Shown here: positions 10,148 through 20,270 of the stretch, one piece after another
How the letters are laid out: each line of letters starts with the position of its first letter
Position numbering within the stretch: the first letter of the stretch is position 1
From: an uncultured Rivularia sp.
GTDB lineage: Bacteria; Cyanobacteriota; Cyanobacteriia; Cyanobacteriales; Nostocaceae
Reading direction: 5' to 3'
DNA: 64,000 bases
Assembly: GCA_963665115.1 (NCBI GenBank)
Contig: OY762007.1
Location: forward strand, 6,688,001 to 6,752,000
The notes under the pieces: model-generated
Told to the model about the DNA's origin: nothing
The model's input: the letters and a program-made list of their open reading frames with translations, nothing else
Databases searched by the model: none
Made by a program: the position numbers and the translations under genes

Positions 10148-11122
10148 GTGTTAGTCATGAAGTCTGTTGAAGAGACTACGTTTTCTGCCGATATAACTCA
10201 AGATTCCCCGGTAGTTCTGACTTCGGAGCTACGAAAGGTTTACCGCACTGGTTTTTGGATGAATCAAAAAATCGTGTCTCTCAAAAGCTGTTCTTTGCAA
10301 GTTTACCGTGGGGAGACTTTTGGCTTGCTGGGACGAAATGGTGCTGGTAAAACTACTCTATTAAAATTATTGCTGGGAATAATTCATCCTACATCCGGAC
10401 GAGGTTTATTGCTGAGTAAACCACTTGGCGATCGCGCTGCCAAACAAAGTATCGGCTATTTACCGGAAAATGCTTATCTATATGATTTTCTCACTGGTTG
10501 GGAATTTCTGGTTTGGAGCGCTCAATTATTCCAAATTCCCAAAAAAGTTCAAAAACAACGCATTCCTCAATTGCTAGATTTGGTTGGATTGTCTAAATTT
10601 GATGCTCGTAAAAAACAGATGCGCCGTTACAGTAAGGGAATGCAACAGCGTGTTGCAATGGCGCAAACTTTAATTAACGATCCAGATTTGATATTTCTGG
10701 ACGAACCAATGTCTGGTTTAGATCCCGTAGGGCGCTACCAGATGCGCGAAATTATTTTAAACCTGAAGCAGCAGGGTAAGACAATTTTTTTCAACAGCCA
10801 CATTCTTAACGAAGTAGAATTGATTTGCGATCGGATTGCGATTCTTAATAAAGGTGAGTTAATTTGTTCTGGCAATGTTTCCCAACTATTAGGAACGCCA
10901 AACACATATCGAGTCAAAGGTAAAGGTGGCGATTGGGAAAGTTTACAAAAGTGGATGCCCAATCTCGAATCTTTATCCGATGGCTGTTGGCAAGGTGAGT
11001 TGGAAGGAGAAATGTACGATTTTCTCGCCAGTCTTCGTTTAATGGGGGGATATTTACTTACATTAACAGCCTACCGACCTTCTTTAGAAGAGTTTTTTAT
11101 GCAAAAAATTCAGGGGCTTTAG
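10148..11122 (+). CDS. ABC transporter ATP-binding protein
   Basis: GRNGAGKT, YSKGMQQR, IFLDEP, SH motifs. Confidence 0.9.
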   Translation: MLVMKSVEETTFSADITQDSPVVLTSELRKVYRTGFWMNQKIVSLKSCSLQVYRGETFGLLGRNGAGKTTLLKLLLGIIHPTSGRGLLLSKPLGDRAAKQSIGYLPENAYLYDFLTGWEFLVWSAQLFQIPKKVQKQRIPQLLDLVGLSKFDARKKQMRRYSKGMQQRVAMAQTLINDPDLIFLDEPMSGLDPVGRYQMREIILNLKQQGKTIFFNSHILNEVELICDRIAILNKGELICSGNVSQLLGTPNTYRVKGKGGDWESLQKWMPNLESLSDGCWQGELEGEMYDFLASLRLMGGYLLTLTAYRPSLEEFFMQKIQGL

Positions 11123-11610
11123 TTTCAGTTATCGTGGCATAGTGGAATCTACATTAATTTTACTGGCTTATGTAGTTTCAAACCCGGTTTTAAATTGTGA
11201 AGATGGTCATCTAAATTACCTAAATTAATTAAAAATAAGAATCATTCTAGATTTTTATTATGTATTCACTAAAAAAACCGGATTTATCTTCATTGAAACT
11301 GCAAAGCGGACATCATATTATCATGTAATCTTATTTAAGAAATAATAAAGCAACTTGTATATTTGAGGAATGTACTTAACACTTCAATCTCAATACAATA
11401 TGATGTATTTATTATCACTAATCCGTAGTTATTCCGTGTCGGGAGGAATGAAACTTTATCTCAACTTTACTAAAAATTCAAACTTAGGAAACAATTTCTT
11501 TATATCAAGTTCCGGTTATTTTAGAAAATAAAAGTGTAATGGAACTTGAATACTTAAGTATAGTCAAGAATATAAAATGTTAAGACGGCGGTTTACAAAT
11601 CTGAATATGA

Positions 11611-13053
11611 ATGGTGAATATGCTTAACACAGGTCTATTAAAATTTTTTGCTCGACCATTATTGGGTGTAATGTTATTAACTGCCGTTACCGTTGCTTTG
11701 GAACCAGTTAATCCAGTGGTGGCACAACAAAGAATTAGGTCAAGCTACGCATTGGGTGGAGGCGATCGCATCAAGGTAAATGTGTTTGAAGTCCCAGATT
11801 ATACTGGTGAATACGTAATTCCTCCTGGCGGAGCGGTCAACCTACCTTTGATTGGTAGCGTTCAGGTTCAGGGACTGACAACGGAACAAGCCGCTGATGC
11901 AATTGCCAGAAGATATGCTCGCTTTCTCAGACGACCGATTATTTCCGTCAATTTACTATCTCCTCGTCCGATCAACGTATTTGTTGCTGGTGAAGTAACT
12001 CGTCCGGGGGCTTATACACTGAGTTTGCAGGGTGGTGCGGGACAAGACCCAGGTATTCAATACCCAACCGTTTTAGCAGCTTTAACCACCGCTCAGGGAG
12101 TAACCCTCAGTGCTGACATCACCGAAGTGCAGTTACGTCGTCAGCTTGGGAATGGAAGACAGCAAACAGTCATTCTTAATTTAGATGACCTGATAAAAAC
12201 AGGTAGGAGTTTTCAAGATATTACCTTGCGTGATGGTGACACCGTTTTTGTCCCAACCAGCCAAAACTTTAACGTTGCAACAGCGCGTAACATCGCAGCA
12301 GCAAACTTTGCAGCCGACCCCACCAGACCCCGCACGGTAGCGGTGGTTGGTGAAGTTCAACGGCCTGGTTCTTATTTGATTACTTCGGGAGCCACACAAG
12401 GTGGTGGCAATCAAGACACTGGTGTGACAACTATCAGCGGCCAGCCAACCGTAACCCGAGCGCTGCAACAAGCTGGGGGAATTACACCACAAGCGAACGT
12501 TCGTAATGTCATAATTAGACGACCAACAAGAACGGGTACCGAGCAAATAATCAATATTGACTTGTGGAGATTGTTAACAAGTGGCGATATTGACCAAGAC
12601 GTAGTTGTTCAAGATGGAGATACAATCGTATTTCCAACTGCAACTGAGGTGAATCCAGCAGAAGCCACCCAGTTAGCGACAACAACTTTGTCTCCTTCAC
12701 AAATTCAGGTCAATGTAGTAGGAGAAGTTAAAAGACCAGGACAAGTAGAAATAAGACCTAATAGCTCTCTTAACCAAGCCTTACTTGCAGCAGGTGGATT
12801 CAACGATGCTAGGGCTACCGACGGTAAAGTCGATTTGATTCGTTTGAATCCCGATGGTTCCGTTACTAAACGTTTGGTAAAAGTAGATTTAAAGGCAGGA
12901 ATCAACGAACAAACTAATCCTATTCTTCGCAGTAATGATGTAGTGTTAGTCAGCCGTTCTGGTATAGCTAAAACTGGTGACACTATCAATACTATTGCTG
13001 GACCACTAGGTACTATTTTCAATGTTCTAAGAGTCTTCGGAATATTTAGATAA
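11611..13053 (+). CDS. Polysaccharide export protein (Wza/OPX family, Poly_export + SLBB domains)
   Basis: LGGGDRIKVNVF...LPLIGSV domain; three V.GEV.RPG SLBB repeats. Confidence 0.9.
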   Translation: MVNMLNTGLLKFFARPLLGVMLLTAVTVALEPVNPVVAQQRIRSSYALGGGDRIKVNVFEVPDYTGEYVIPPGGAVNLPLIGSVQVQGLTTEQAADAIARRYARFLRRPIISVNLLSPRPINVFVAGEVTRPGAYTLSLQGGAGQDPGIQYPTVLAALTTAQGVTLSADITEVQLRRQLGNGRQQTVILNLDDLIKTGRSFQDITLRDGDTVFVPTSQNFNVATARNIAAANFAADPTRPRTVAVVGEVQRPGSYLITSGATQGGGNQDTGVTTISGQPTVTRALQQAGGITPQANVRNVIIRRPTRTGTEQIINIDLWRLLTSGDIDQDVVVQDGDTIVFPTATEVNPAEATQLATTTLSPSQIQVNVVGEVKRPGQVEIRPNSSLNQALLAAGGFNDARATDGKVDLIRLNPDGSVTKRLVKVDLKAGINEQTNPILRSNDVVLVSRSGIAKTGDTINTIAGPLGTIFNVLRVFGIFR

Positions 13054-13127
13054 ACTAAGAAAAGCAAAATGTAGAGACGTTGCCGGGCGCAACGTTTCTT
13101 TAATTGGTTAGCAGCTACCAGTGGTAA

Positions 13128-13432
13128 GGTGTGTTGTCGCAAAGCGCGGCGCACCACAATAAATAATTATTTTTAAACAGCAAAACTCAAAAATCTATCA
13201 AAATCTATCTATCAAGGAACTTTACCGAACTTTCTTTCTTCGTTTGTAAAGTGTTGTAGTGTTAGCGCAACGCACCATAATAAGCTGATGTGTAGCTAAA
13301 TTGAATAAAGGACACAGTTAGAGTTATTGTAGTGCGGGCATCCTGCCCGCTTGCAATATACAAATTAAATGCACAACAGCTTAAATAATTTTTTTAAACG
13401 GCAAAAACTTAAAAATCTATCAAAATCTATCT
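13128..13432. repeat. Duplicated ~85-bp unit with a MITE-like element (13281-13383) inside the second copy
   Basis: aaataatt...aaaaatctatcaaaatctatct at 13161 and 13383; imperfect TIR taagctgatgtg..aaattg / caaattaaatgcacaacagctta. Confidence 0.55.
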
Positions 13433-13564
13433 TTCACCGTTCACCGTCACGTGCGATTACGGAGCAATATTTTTCTCTTTAACTAAAATGCTTTCACGAA
13501 CAAGCAAGTTTTTTTAAGCAACTATAATTAATTTTATTCAGTAAAAATACGAACTAAAAGCAAT

Positions 13565-15220
13565 ATGCTATCTAAAGCCGAACGACGACTTCCTCAAAGG
13601 ATATTTGGTGTCAAAAGTTTATTGTGCGGCTTAACATGCGCTTGTTGCACTTTGCTGGGTATACCTTCTGCCTCTGCTGCTCAAACAATTACTATTCGCT
13701 TTGGTCCTTACGAACAGTCAGTAAAAATAGCCGATTTAGAAGAGTTTGCCAATACAGGTAAGTTGCCATTATCGCTACAAGGTTTATCTCCTATACTACC
13801 TAGTGGGATGCAAGAATTATTACAAAAACGTTTAGAGATAGATCCCCAAGCGGCCGATAATTTTACAGACGAATTACAAAAAACTTCCTTCGGCAGAGAA
13901 TTTATAAATTCATTAAGAACTGCTTTACCGGGTTCGAGCATTGAAAGCGTTCAAGGTGCAATTAGCTTGGCATTAAGACAAGTTAACGGTTTGAGTGTAG
14001 TAGGTTTTTTACAGGCATATCCCCAAGAGAATGTTACTGTCGATGCGACAAAAGCCATTAGTTTAGCAGTAAGGTTTAACCCCAACCGCTTGGAAAGTAA
14101 AGCTTTTGGTTCTTTACTCGCACGAGAATTGTATGTAAACAATGATTCTAGTTCCGATCGAAATTTTAGAAGCTTCAACCCAGCAACTATTGGAAATCTA
14201 GCAGTAGAAAAGCAAACAATTACGCTGCGAGATCCAAACCGAAATCGGACTATTCCCGTAGATATTTATTCAAGTCGAGTAAAACAATCGCAACAGCCAT
14301 TAGTAGTTCTTTCCCACGGTTTTGGTGCAAGTCGATCGAGCTTAAGTTATTTAGCCAATCATTTAGCAACAAACGGTATCAGCGTCGCAGCTATCGAACA
14401 TCCAGGAAGTAATATCAGCGCAATTAATCAAGCTGCAAATGCATCGGATCTAAAAAAATTAATTAGTCCTCAAGAATTTATCAATAGACCTAAAGATATT
14501 AGCTTTTCATTGAATGAATTAGCAAAACTTAACAATCAACCGGGAAGACTGCAAGGAAAATTAAATACTCAGCAAGTAAGCGTTATCGGACATTCTTTAG
14601 GAGGTTATACCGCTTTAGCGATAGCAGGAGGAGAAGTCAACATCGAGCAACTGCGCTTGTTTTGTAACAAATCTTTAAACATAGCTTCCGCACCCGCTGA
14701 CTGGTTGCAATGTTCGGCAGCTTCCCTATCAGAAAAAAAATTACAACTTCAAGATCCGCGAGTGAAAAGTGCGATCGCGCTAAATCCGATGATTGGTAAA
14801 CTCTTCGGTGACAAAGGTTTAAGCAAAATCAATAAGCCAGTTTTGATACTAAGTGGCACTGACGATTCACTGACACCAGCCCTGACACATCAGATACAGC
14901 CTTTCAATCAATTAGGCGGACAAAAGTATTTGTTAACAGCAATTGGTGGAACGCACCTAAGTATAAGTAACGATAGTTTACCTATCTCAACGACAACAAT
15001 CATAAAAGAGCGACAAGGAATAGAAGCTAAACCTTTACGGGAATTACTTCAAGGAGTTAGCGTAGCATTCGTCAAACAGCTTTCACCCGAAGCAAGAAAA
15101 TATCAACCATTTTTAACTTCCGCTTACGCTCAATCTTTCTCCACACCTTCAATTAAATTGCGTTTAAACTCCTCATTACCAGCAAGCATTCAACCTTGGT
15201 TGAAATTAACCAACAGGTAA
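13565..15220 (+). CDS. DUF1400 + alpha/beta hydrolase
   Basis: SHGFG, GHSLGG nucleophile elbow, GGTHLS. Confidence 0.85.
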   Translation: MLSKAERRLPQRIFGVKSLLCGLTCACCTLLGIPSASAAQTITIRFGPYEQSVKIADLEEFANTGKLPLSLQGLSPILPSGMQELLQKRLEIDPQAADNFTDELQKTSFGREFINSLRTALPGSSIESVQGAISLALRQVNGLSVVGFLQAYPQENVTVDATKAISLAVRFNPNRLESKAFGSLLARELYVNNDSSSDRNFRSFNPATIGNLAVEKQTITLRDPNRNRTIPVDIYSSRVKQSQQPLVVLSHGFGASRSSLSYLANHLATNGISVAAIEHPGSNISAINQAANASDLKKLISPQEFINRPKDISFSLNELAKLNNQPGRLQGKLNTQQVSVIGHSLGGYTALAIAGGEVNIEQLRLFCNKSLNIASAPADWLQCSAASLSEKKLQLQDPRVKSAIALNPMIGKLFGDKGLSKINKPVLILSGTDDSLTPALTHQIQPFNQLGGQKYLLTAIGGTHLSISNDSLPISTTTIIKERQGIEAKPLRELLQGVSVAFVKQLSPEARKYQPFLTSAYAQSFSTPSIKLRLNSSLPASIQPWLKLTNR

Positions 15221-15562
15221 TTGGGAATTGGTAATTGGGAATTGGTAATTGGTAATTGGGGAGATAGGGAGAGAATTCTTAACTACTCACTACTCACTAC
15301 TTACTACTCCTAACTCCTAACTTCTAGCTCCTAACTGTTCGCTGTTGCAAAAATAATGCTTTAATAAGCGTGTTATTTAAAATAAGATACCTGTATCATG
15401 TGGGCTGGTACAGGCAATATCTTGTCTGAAGTCGCCGCATCGTGATAATAAAGTTACACGTTGCTTTTTTAATTAAACTAAAAGTAAGAAGAAGTAGTAT
15501 CACTTGTTGATCGCTATTACTTCCTTAAAGTAAATTTCCCTATTGCTGTACAAGGAGCATAA

Positions 15563-16420
15563 ATGGAGCCAATTATTGCTATAGCTTTAGTGTTTATAGG
15601 TTATTCATTAGGGTCGGCAAAGATTATTAATCAAGGTAACGAAGCTTTAGTAGAACGTTTGGGTCAGTATCATCGTAAATTACGACCCGGAATAAACTTT
15701 ATCATTCCTCTTATCGACCAGGTTGTAATGGAAGATACTACACGGGAACAGATATTGGATATTAAACCCCAAAACGTAATTACTAAAGATAATATCTACC
15801 TAGAAATTGATGGAGTTGTGTATTGGCGCATCAAAGATATGGAAAAAAGCTTTTACCAAATCGATGATTTAGCGCAAGGTTTGAATCAAATTACTTCAAC
15901 TTCCCTGCGGGAAATAATCGCTCAGAATACTCTGGAGGAAACTAATGTCTCTAGAGTAGATATGGATAAACAATTGTTGGATAGATTAAATGAAATAACA
16001 GCTGACTGGGGAGTAGAAATTCAAAGGGTAGATATTCAAGATATTACACCTCCCGAAAGCGTGCGGAAGTCAATGGAAGACCAACGCGCTGCTGAAATTA
16101 AAAGCCGTGCTGCCATTTTGGAAGCTGAAGGGGAGCGTCAAGCTGCAATTAAGAAAGCTGAAGGTACTAGCACTAGTATGCAGATTCTTTCCGAAGCTTT
16201 GCGTAGCACTCCTGAAAACAAGGAAATTCTGCGGTATCTAGTGGCTCAAGATTACATTAACGCTAGCTACAGATTAGGTGAAAGCCCTAATTCCAAGGTG
16301 ATTTTTGTAGACCCCGGTTCCGGTCAAAATGAGATTATCGAACAAATAAGCGCTGAAACAGTAGCTGAAGATACTGCAAGAAGACCTAAAAATGGTAATG
16401 GCAATGGTTCGGAATCATAA
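15563..16420 (+). CDS. SPFH/band 7 (stomatin-like) protein
   Basis: ERLGQY..KL.PG..FIIP..D, ITKDN, AEGERQAAI motifs. Confidence 0.9.
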   Translation: MEPIIAIALVFIGYSLGSAKIINQGNEALVERLGQYHRKLRPGINFIIPLIDQVVMEDTTREQILDIKPQNVITKDNIYLEIDGVVYWRIKDMEKSFYQIDDLAQGLNQITSTSLREIIAQNTLEETNVSRVDMDKQLLDRLNEITADWGVEIQRVDIQDITPPESVRKSMEDQRAAEIKSRAAILEAEGERQAAIKKAEGTSTSMQILSEALRSTPENKEILRYLVAQDYINASYRLGESPNSKVIFVDPGSGQNEIIEQISAETVAEDTARRPKNGNGNGSES

Positions 16421-16567
16421 GCCCAAATTTGCATGAATCCGCCGAACAATGAATCTTTAAAACTCCCTCATTGCAAGGAAGTCAATCAATTTGGGAAATT
16501 GGAGGCGATTTATTTTTTCTGATGTAAATCAGCTTTGAGGCTTTACCAATTTTCCCAACTTTGAATT

Positions 16568-17425
16568 TCATCTGCTTTGATTTGGTCGCATAAGGGCATC
16601 AGCGACCATTGAAACATCGCGCATTTGTTCGACATCATGAACTCTGAGGAGATCGGCACCATTAAGAATAGCAGCACAACAAGCCGCAGCAGTTCCCCAA
16701 ACTCGCTCTTTAGGGTCTGGCTGGTTTAAAATACGACCGATGAAGCTTTTACGAGATGGACCAACTAAAATCGGACAGTTGAGCTTTTTAAATTCTGTTA
16801 AACGCCGTAGAATTTCTAAATTTTGTTCTAAATTTTTAGCAAAGCCAATACCGGGGTCGATAATGATGTTTTCCCTTTTTATACCTGCGGCTGTTGCTGC
16901 GGTTATTTGTTGTAATAAAAAATTAGATATTTCTTCGATTACGTCTTGATAATCGGTCATTCGCTGCATTGTCTGAGGAGTTCCTCGGATATGCATTAAT
17001 ACAATAGGCACATTTAAACTCGCAACAGTAGAAAGCATAGACGAGTCAAAAGTGCCTCCAGAAATATCGTTAACGATATCCGCACCGGCATTAACAGCTT
17101 TATCTGCAACAATTGAAGAAGTCGTATCTACAGAAATTGGGATATCGATTTTTGGACGAATAATTTTTATAACCGAAAGCACTCGTTCGAGTTCTTCCTC
17201 TACAGAAATCTGTTCCGCACCAGGGCGAGTAGATTGTCCGCCTACATCGATAATATCCGCACCTTTCTCCGCTAAAGCTTTTGCTCGATTTAAAGCAGTA
17301 GCGGGTTGATCGAACTCACCACCATCGCTGAAACTATCAGGCGTAACATTTAAAACGCCCATTAAATAAGTGCGATTGGCAAAGCCACCGCCCTTTGGGC
17401 GATCGCCCAAATTGAAGTTAAGCAT
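16568..17425 (-). CDS. folP: Dihydropteroate synthase
   Basis: MGVLNVTPDSFSDGG, DPGIGFAK, SRKSFIG, RVHDV; start placed at ATG 17425 because the upstream ORF extension runs through STRR repeats. Confidence 0.95.
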   Translation of the reverse strand: MLNFNLGDRPKGGGFANRTYLMGVLNVTPDSFSDGGEFDQPATALNRAKALAEKGADIIDVGGQSTRPGAEQISVEEELERVLSVIKIIRPKIDIPISVDTTSSIVADKAVNAGADIVNDISGGTFDSSMLSTVASLNVPIVLMHIRGTPQTMQRMTDYQDVIEEISNFLLQQITAATAAGIKRENIIIDPGIGFAKNLEQNLEILRRLTEFKKLNCPILVGPSRKSFIGRILNQPDPKERVWGTAAACCAAILNGADLLRVHDVEQMRDVSMVADALMRPNQSR

Positions 17426-17588
17426 CGCTTGCTCCGTTTTGAAATTTAAAAATGAATGGCCATATGGGTAATAGGTAATAGGTAATAGGTAATGGGATGA
17501 ATAACCGCGAGAAAAAAATGTATAACGGGACTGCATCCCACGATATAACTCTTTCCCAATTACCAATTACCAATTACCAATTACCAAT

Positions 17589-18335
17589 TCACTTAAAATT
17601 GACAATTCTGGCGAAACTTTGCGATTCCAAACTTGCTCCACCAACTAAAGCACCATCAATTTCAGGTTGAGCCATGATTTCATCAACATTATTCGGTTTA
17701 ACGGAACCTCCATATTGAATAGTTACATTTTTATTGCTCAAGAGACTGCGAATTAAACCGATAACCCGGTTAGCTTCGGAAACTTCACAAGTATCTCCAG
17801 TCCCAATTGCCCAAATTGGTTCGTAAGCGACGATCAAATTATTTTGGTCAATACCTACCAATCCTTGCTTAATTTGGTTGGTAATTATTGATTCGGTTTC
17901 TCCCGTATCCCTTTGCTGTTTAGTTTCCCCGACACAAAGAATAGGTTTCATTCCGAACTTCTGAGCGGCTTGAAGACGCAGATTGACGGTTTTATCAGTT
18001 TCACCAAAATATTGCCGTCGTTCGCTATGACCGACAATTACATAACGTACCCCAATTTCAGAGAGCATTAAGCCGGATATTTCACCCGTATAAGCTCCAG
18101 TTTCTTCCCAATGAACATTTTGCGCCCCCAACATGACGCGGCCACCATGCAAATTCTTAGACAAAACGTTTAAGTCAGTAAAAGGAACGCACAGTACCGC
18201 TTCTCTATCTTCGGGAGTCTCTTGTAATAGAGGCATAAATCCTTGTAAAAATTCCTCGGATTCAGCCCTGGTTTTGAACATTTTCCAGTTGCCAGCAATA
18301 ACAATTTTTCGCACAGGTGATTCAGTCAAGTCCAA
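17589..18335 (-). CDS. tpiA: Triosephosphate isomerase
   Basis: [36 protein letters not shown]. Confidence 0.98.
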   Translation of the reverse strand: MDLTESPVRKIVIAGNWKMFKTRAESEEFLQGFMPLLQETPEDREAVLCVPFTDLNVLSKNLHGGRVMLGAQNVHWEETGAYTGEISGLMLSEIGVRYVIVGHSERRQYFGETDKTVNLRLQAAQKFGMKPILCVGETKQQRDTGETESIITNQIKQGLVGIDQNNLIVAYEPIWAIGTGDTCEVSEANRVIGLIRSLLSNKNVTIQYGGSVKPNNVDEIMAQPEIDGALVGGASLESQSFARIVNFK

Positions 18336-18588
18336 TAAGCTACATTAATGCAATTTTTAGTTTATGACTTTTTCGGAACCATAACCAGCGAACAGTTAGA
18401 GTCATGAGTTAGGAGTTATAAGTTAGAAGTTGAGAGTTATAAATTAAAAAATATTTATCCTTCGCCTTAATCTCCAATACCCAATTGCCAATACAGATTC
18501 AAAAATCATTAGGATAAAAGAAGACGTAACAAAATTTATAATCTAGAGTCTAAAATCTAAAATCTAAAATCTAAAATCTAAAATTTAT

Positions 18589-20028
18589 ATGACTGAACCC
18601 GATCGCAGTAATTCTTATAGCACTGAAGAACTAGATAAGGCGATTTTTACTTTTGAGGAGATTCAAACCGAACTTCATTACAAACAGGCACAAACGGCTC
18701 TGCGTGAGATAGTGGCGAATCTTGATTTGAGTTTATCAGAAACTCAAGGGCTGGAAATGGAAATCGCCGATCTTGAAACTATGCTCGCTAAGTTGGAAAG
18801 TATGGTTATTCAAATTGCTGCTTTTGGTATGGTGGGACGAGGTAAGTCTTCTTTACTCAATGCAATGGTTGGACAGGAGGTTTTTGAAACCGGACCTTTG
18901 CATGGTGTAACTCGCGATGCTCAAACAGTTAATTGGACTATTAGTGAAGAAACTGTTGGTGAATCTCAAAGTGCTTTACGAGTAACTTTCTCTAGCAGCA
19001 GCGGTCAATCGCGGGTGGAGTTGATTGATACCCCTGGTTTGGATGAAGTTGATGGTGAAACTCGAACTGCATTAGCCGAACAAATTGCCCAACAAGCGGA
19101 TTTAATTTTGTTTGTGATAAGCGGGGATATGACGAAACTGGAACACGAAGCTCTTTCCCAGTTGCGAGAAGCCCGTAAGCCAATGTTATTAGTATTTAAT
19201 AAGGTTGACCAATATCCTAAAGCTGACAGAATTGCGGTTTATGAAAAGATTCGCGATGAACGTGTCAAGGAATTAGTTTCACCGGATGAAATTGTTACTG
19301 CTGCTGCTTCACCATTAGTTAGAACGTTAGTTCGCCGCTCGGATGGTACGAAAGGGGTGCAGTTGCGTAAGGGAAAACCCCAAGTTGAGGAACTAAAACT
19401 CAAAATATTGGAGATTCTGCATCGTGAAGGCAAAGCTCTAGTAGCCCTCAATACTATGCTTTACGCTGACGAGGTGAACGATCAATTAGTGCAGCGTAAA
19501 TTAAAATTGCGCGAAACCGCCGCCGATCGGTTGATTTGGAAATCCGTAATGACTAAGGCTTTAGCGGTTGCTCTTAACCCAGTTACTGTATTAGATATTC
19601 TCAGTGCTGCGACTATTGATGTTTTCTTGATTCTAGGCTTATCCCGGCTTTACGGCATTCCCATGACGGAAGCTGGAGCGATAAAATTGCTACAAAAAAT
19701 CGCCCTCAGTATGGGCGGTATCAGTGCTAGCGAACTGCTAGCAAATTTAGGATTGGGTTCTTTAAAGACTTTGCTTGGTATTTCTGCACCTGCTACTGGT
19801 GGAGCAACGCTTGGCCCTTATCTATCGGTAGCACTCACTCAAGCCGGTGTAGCTGGTGTTTCTTCTTATGGTATCGGACAAGTCACCAAAGCATATTTGC
19901 AAGCAGGAGCTACTTGGGGTCCCGACGGGCCAAAAGCGGTTATTAATAAAATTTTGGCTAACCTTGATGAGTCTTCAATTTTGAATCGCATTAAAAGCGA
20001 ATTGCAAGTCAAGCTGAAAAAAGTTTGA
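18589..20028 (+). CDS. Era/MMR_HSR1-like GTPase with DUF697 C-terminus
   Basis: GMVGRGKSS, DTPG, NKVD; hydrophobic C-terminal domain. Confidence 0.85.
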   Translation: MTEPDRSNSYSTEELDKAIFTFEEIQTELHYKQAQTALREIVANLDLSLSETQGLEMEIADLETMLAKLESMVIQIAAFGMVGRGKSSLLNAMVGQEVFETGPLHGVTRDAQTVNWTISEETVGESQSALRVTFSSSSGQSRVELIDTPGLDEVDGETRTALAEQIAQQADLILFVISGDMTKLEHEALSQLREARKPMLLVFNKVDQYPKADRIAVYEKIRDERVKELVSPDEIVTAAASPLVRTLVRRSDGTKGVQLRKGKPQVEELKLKILEILHREGKALVALNTMLYADEVNDQLVQRKLKLRETAADRLIWKSVMTKALAVALNPVTVLDILSAATIDVFLILGLSRLYGIPMTEAGAIKLLQKIALSMGGISASELLANLGLGSLKTLLGISAPATGGATLGPYLSVALTQAGVAGVSSYGIGQVTKAYLQAGATWGPDGPKAVINKILANLDESSILNRIKSELQVKLKKV

Positions 20029-20270
20029 GAATTTAGGAAGTAGAAAGTAGAGAGTAGCAAGTAGCAAGTAGGCAGTAAGTAAGAGGCTGCTTATATCAAC
20101 TAACAACTAACTCATTTCAAGGAAATTGTTTGAAGTATGAAGGATGAAAGTTCTCAATCCATCTGACTGGTGTAGAGAATAGGAAACGAGGAATAGGGAA
20201 CAATCAATCAAATCATTTCCTATATTATTTCAAACTTCATACTTCATAGTCAACCTTTAATCCTTTATGA

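Noticed and set aside
15218..15335. Heptamer arrays (also near 8395, 10025, 17560, 18550, 30835, 36110, 42215) as a novel system
   Set aside because: Ordinary STRR-type repeats common in heterocystous cyanobacteria
17426..17566. N-terminal extension of folP
   Set aside because: It translates STRR heptamer repeats (YLLPITYYP) and is not DHPS sequence
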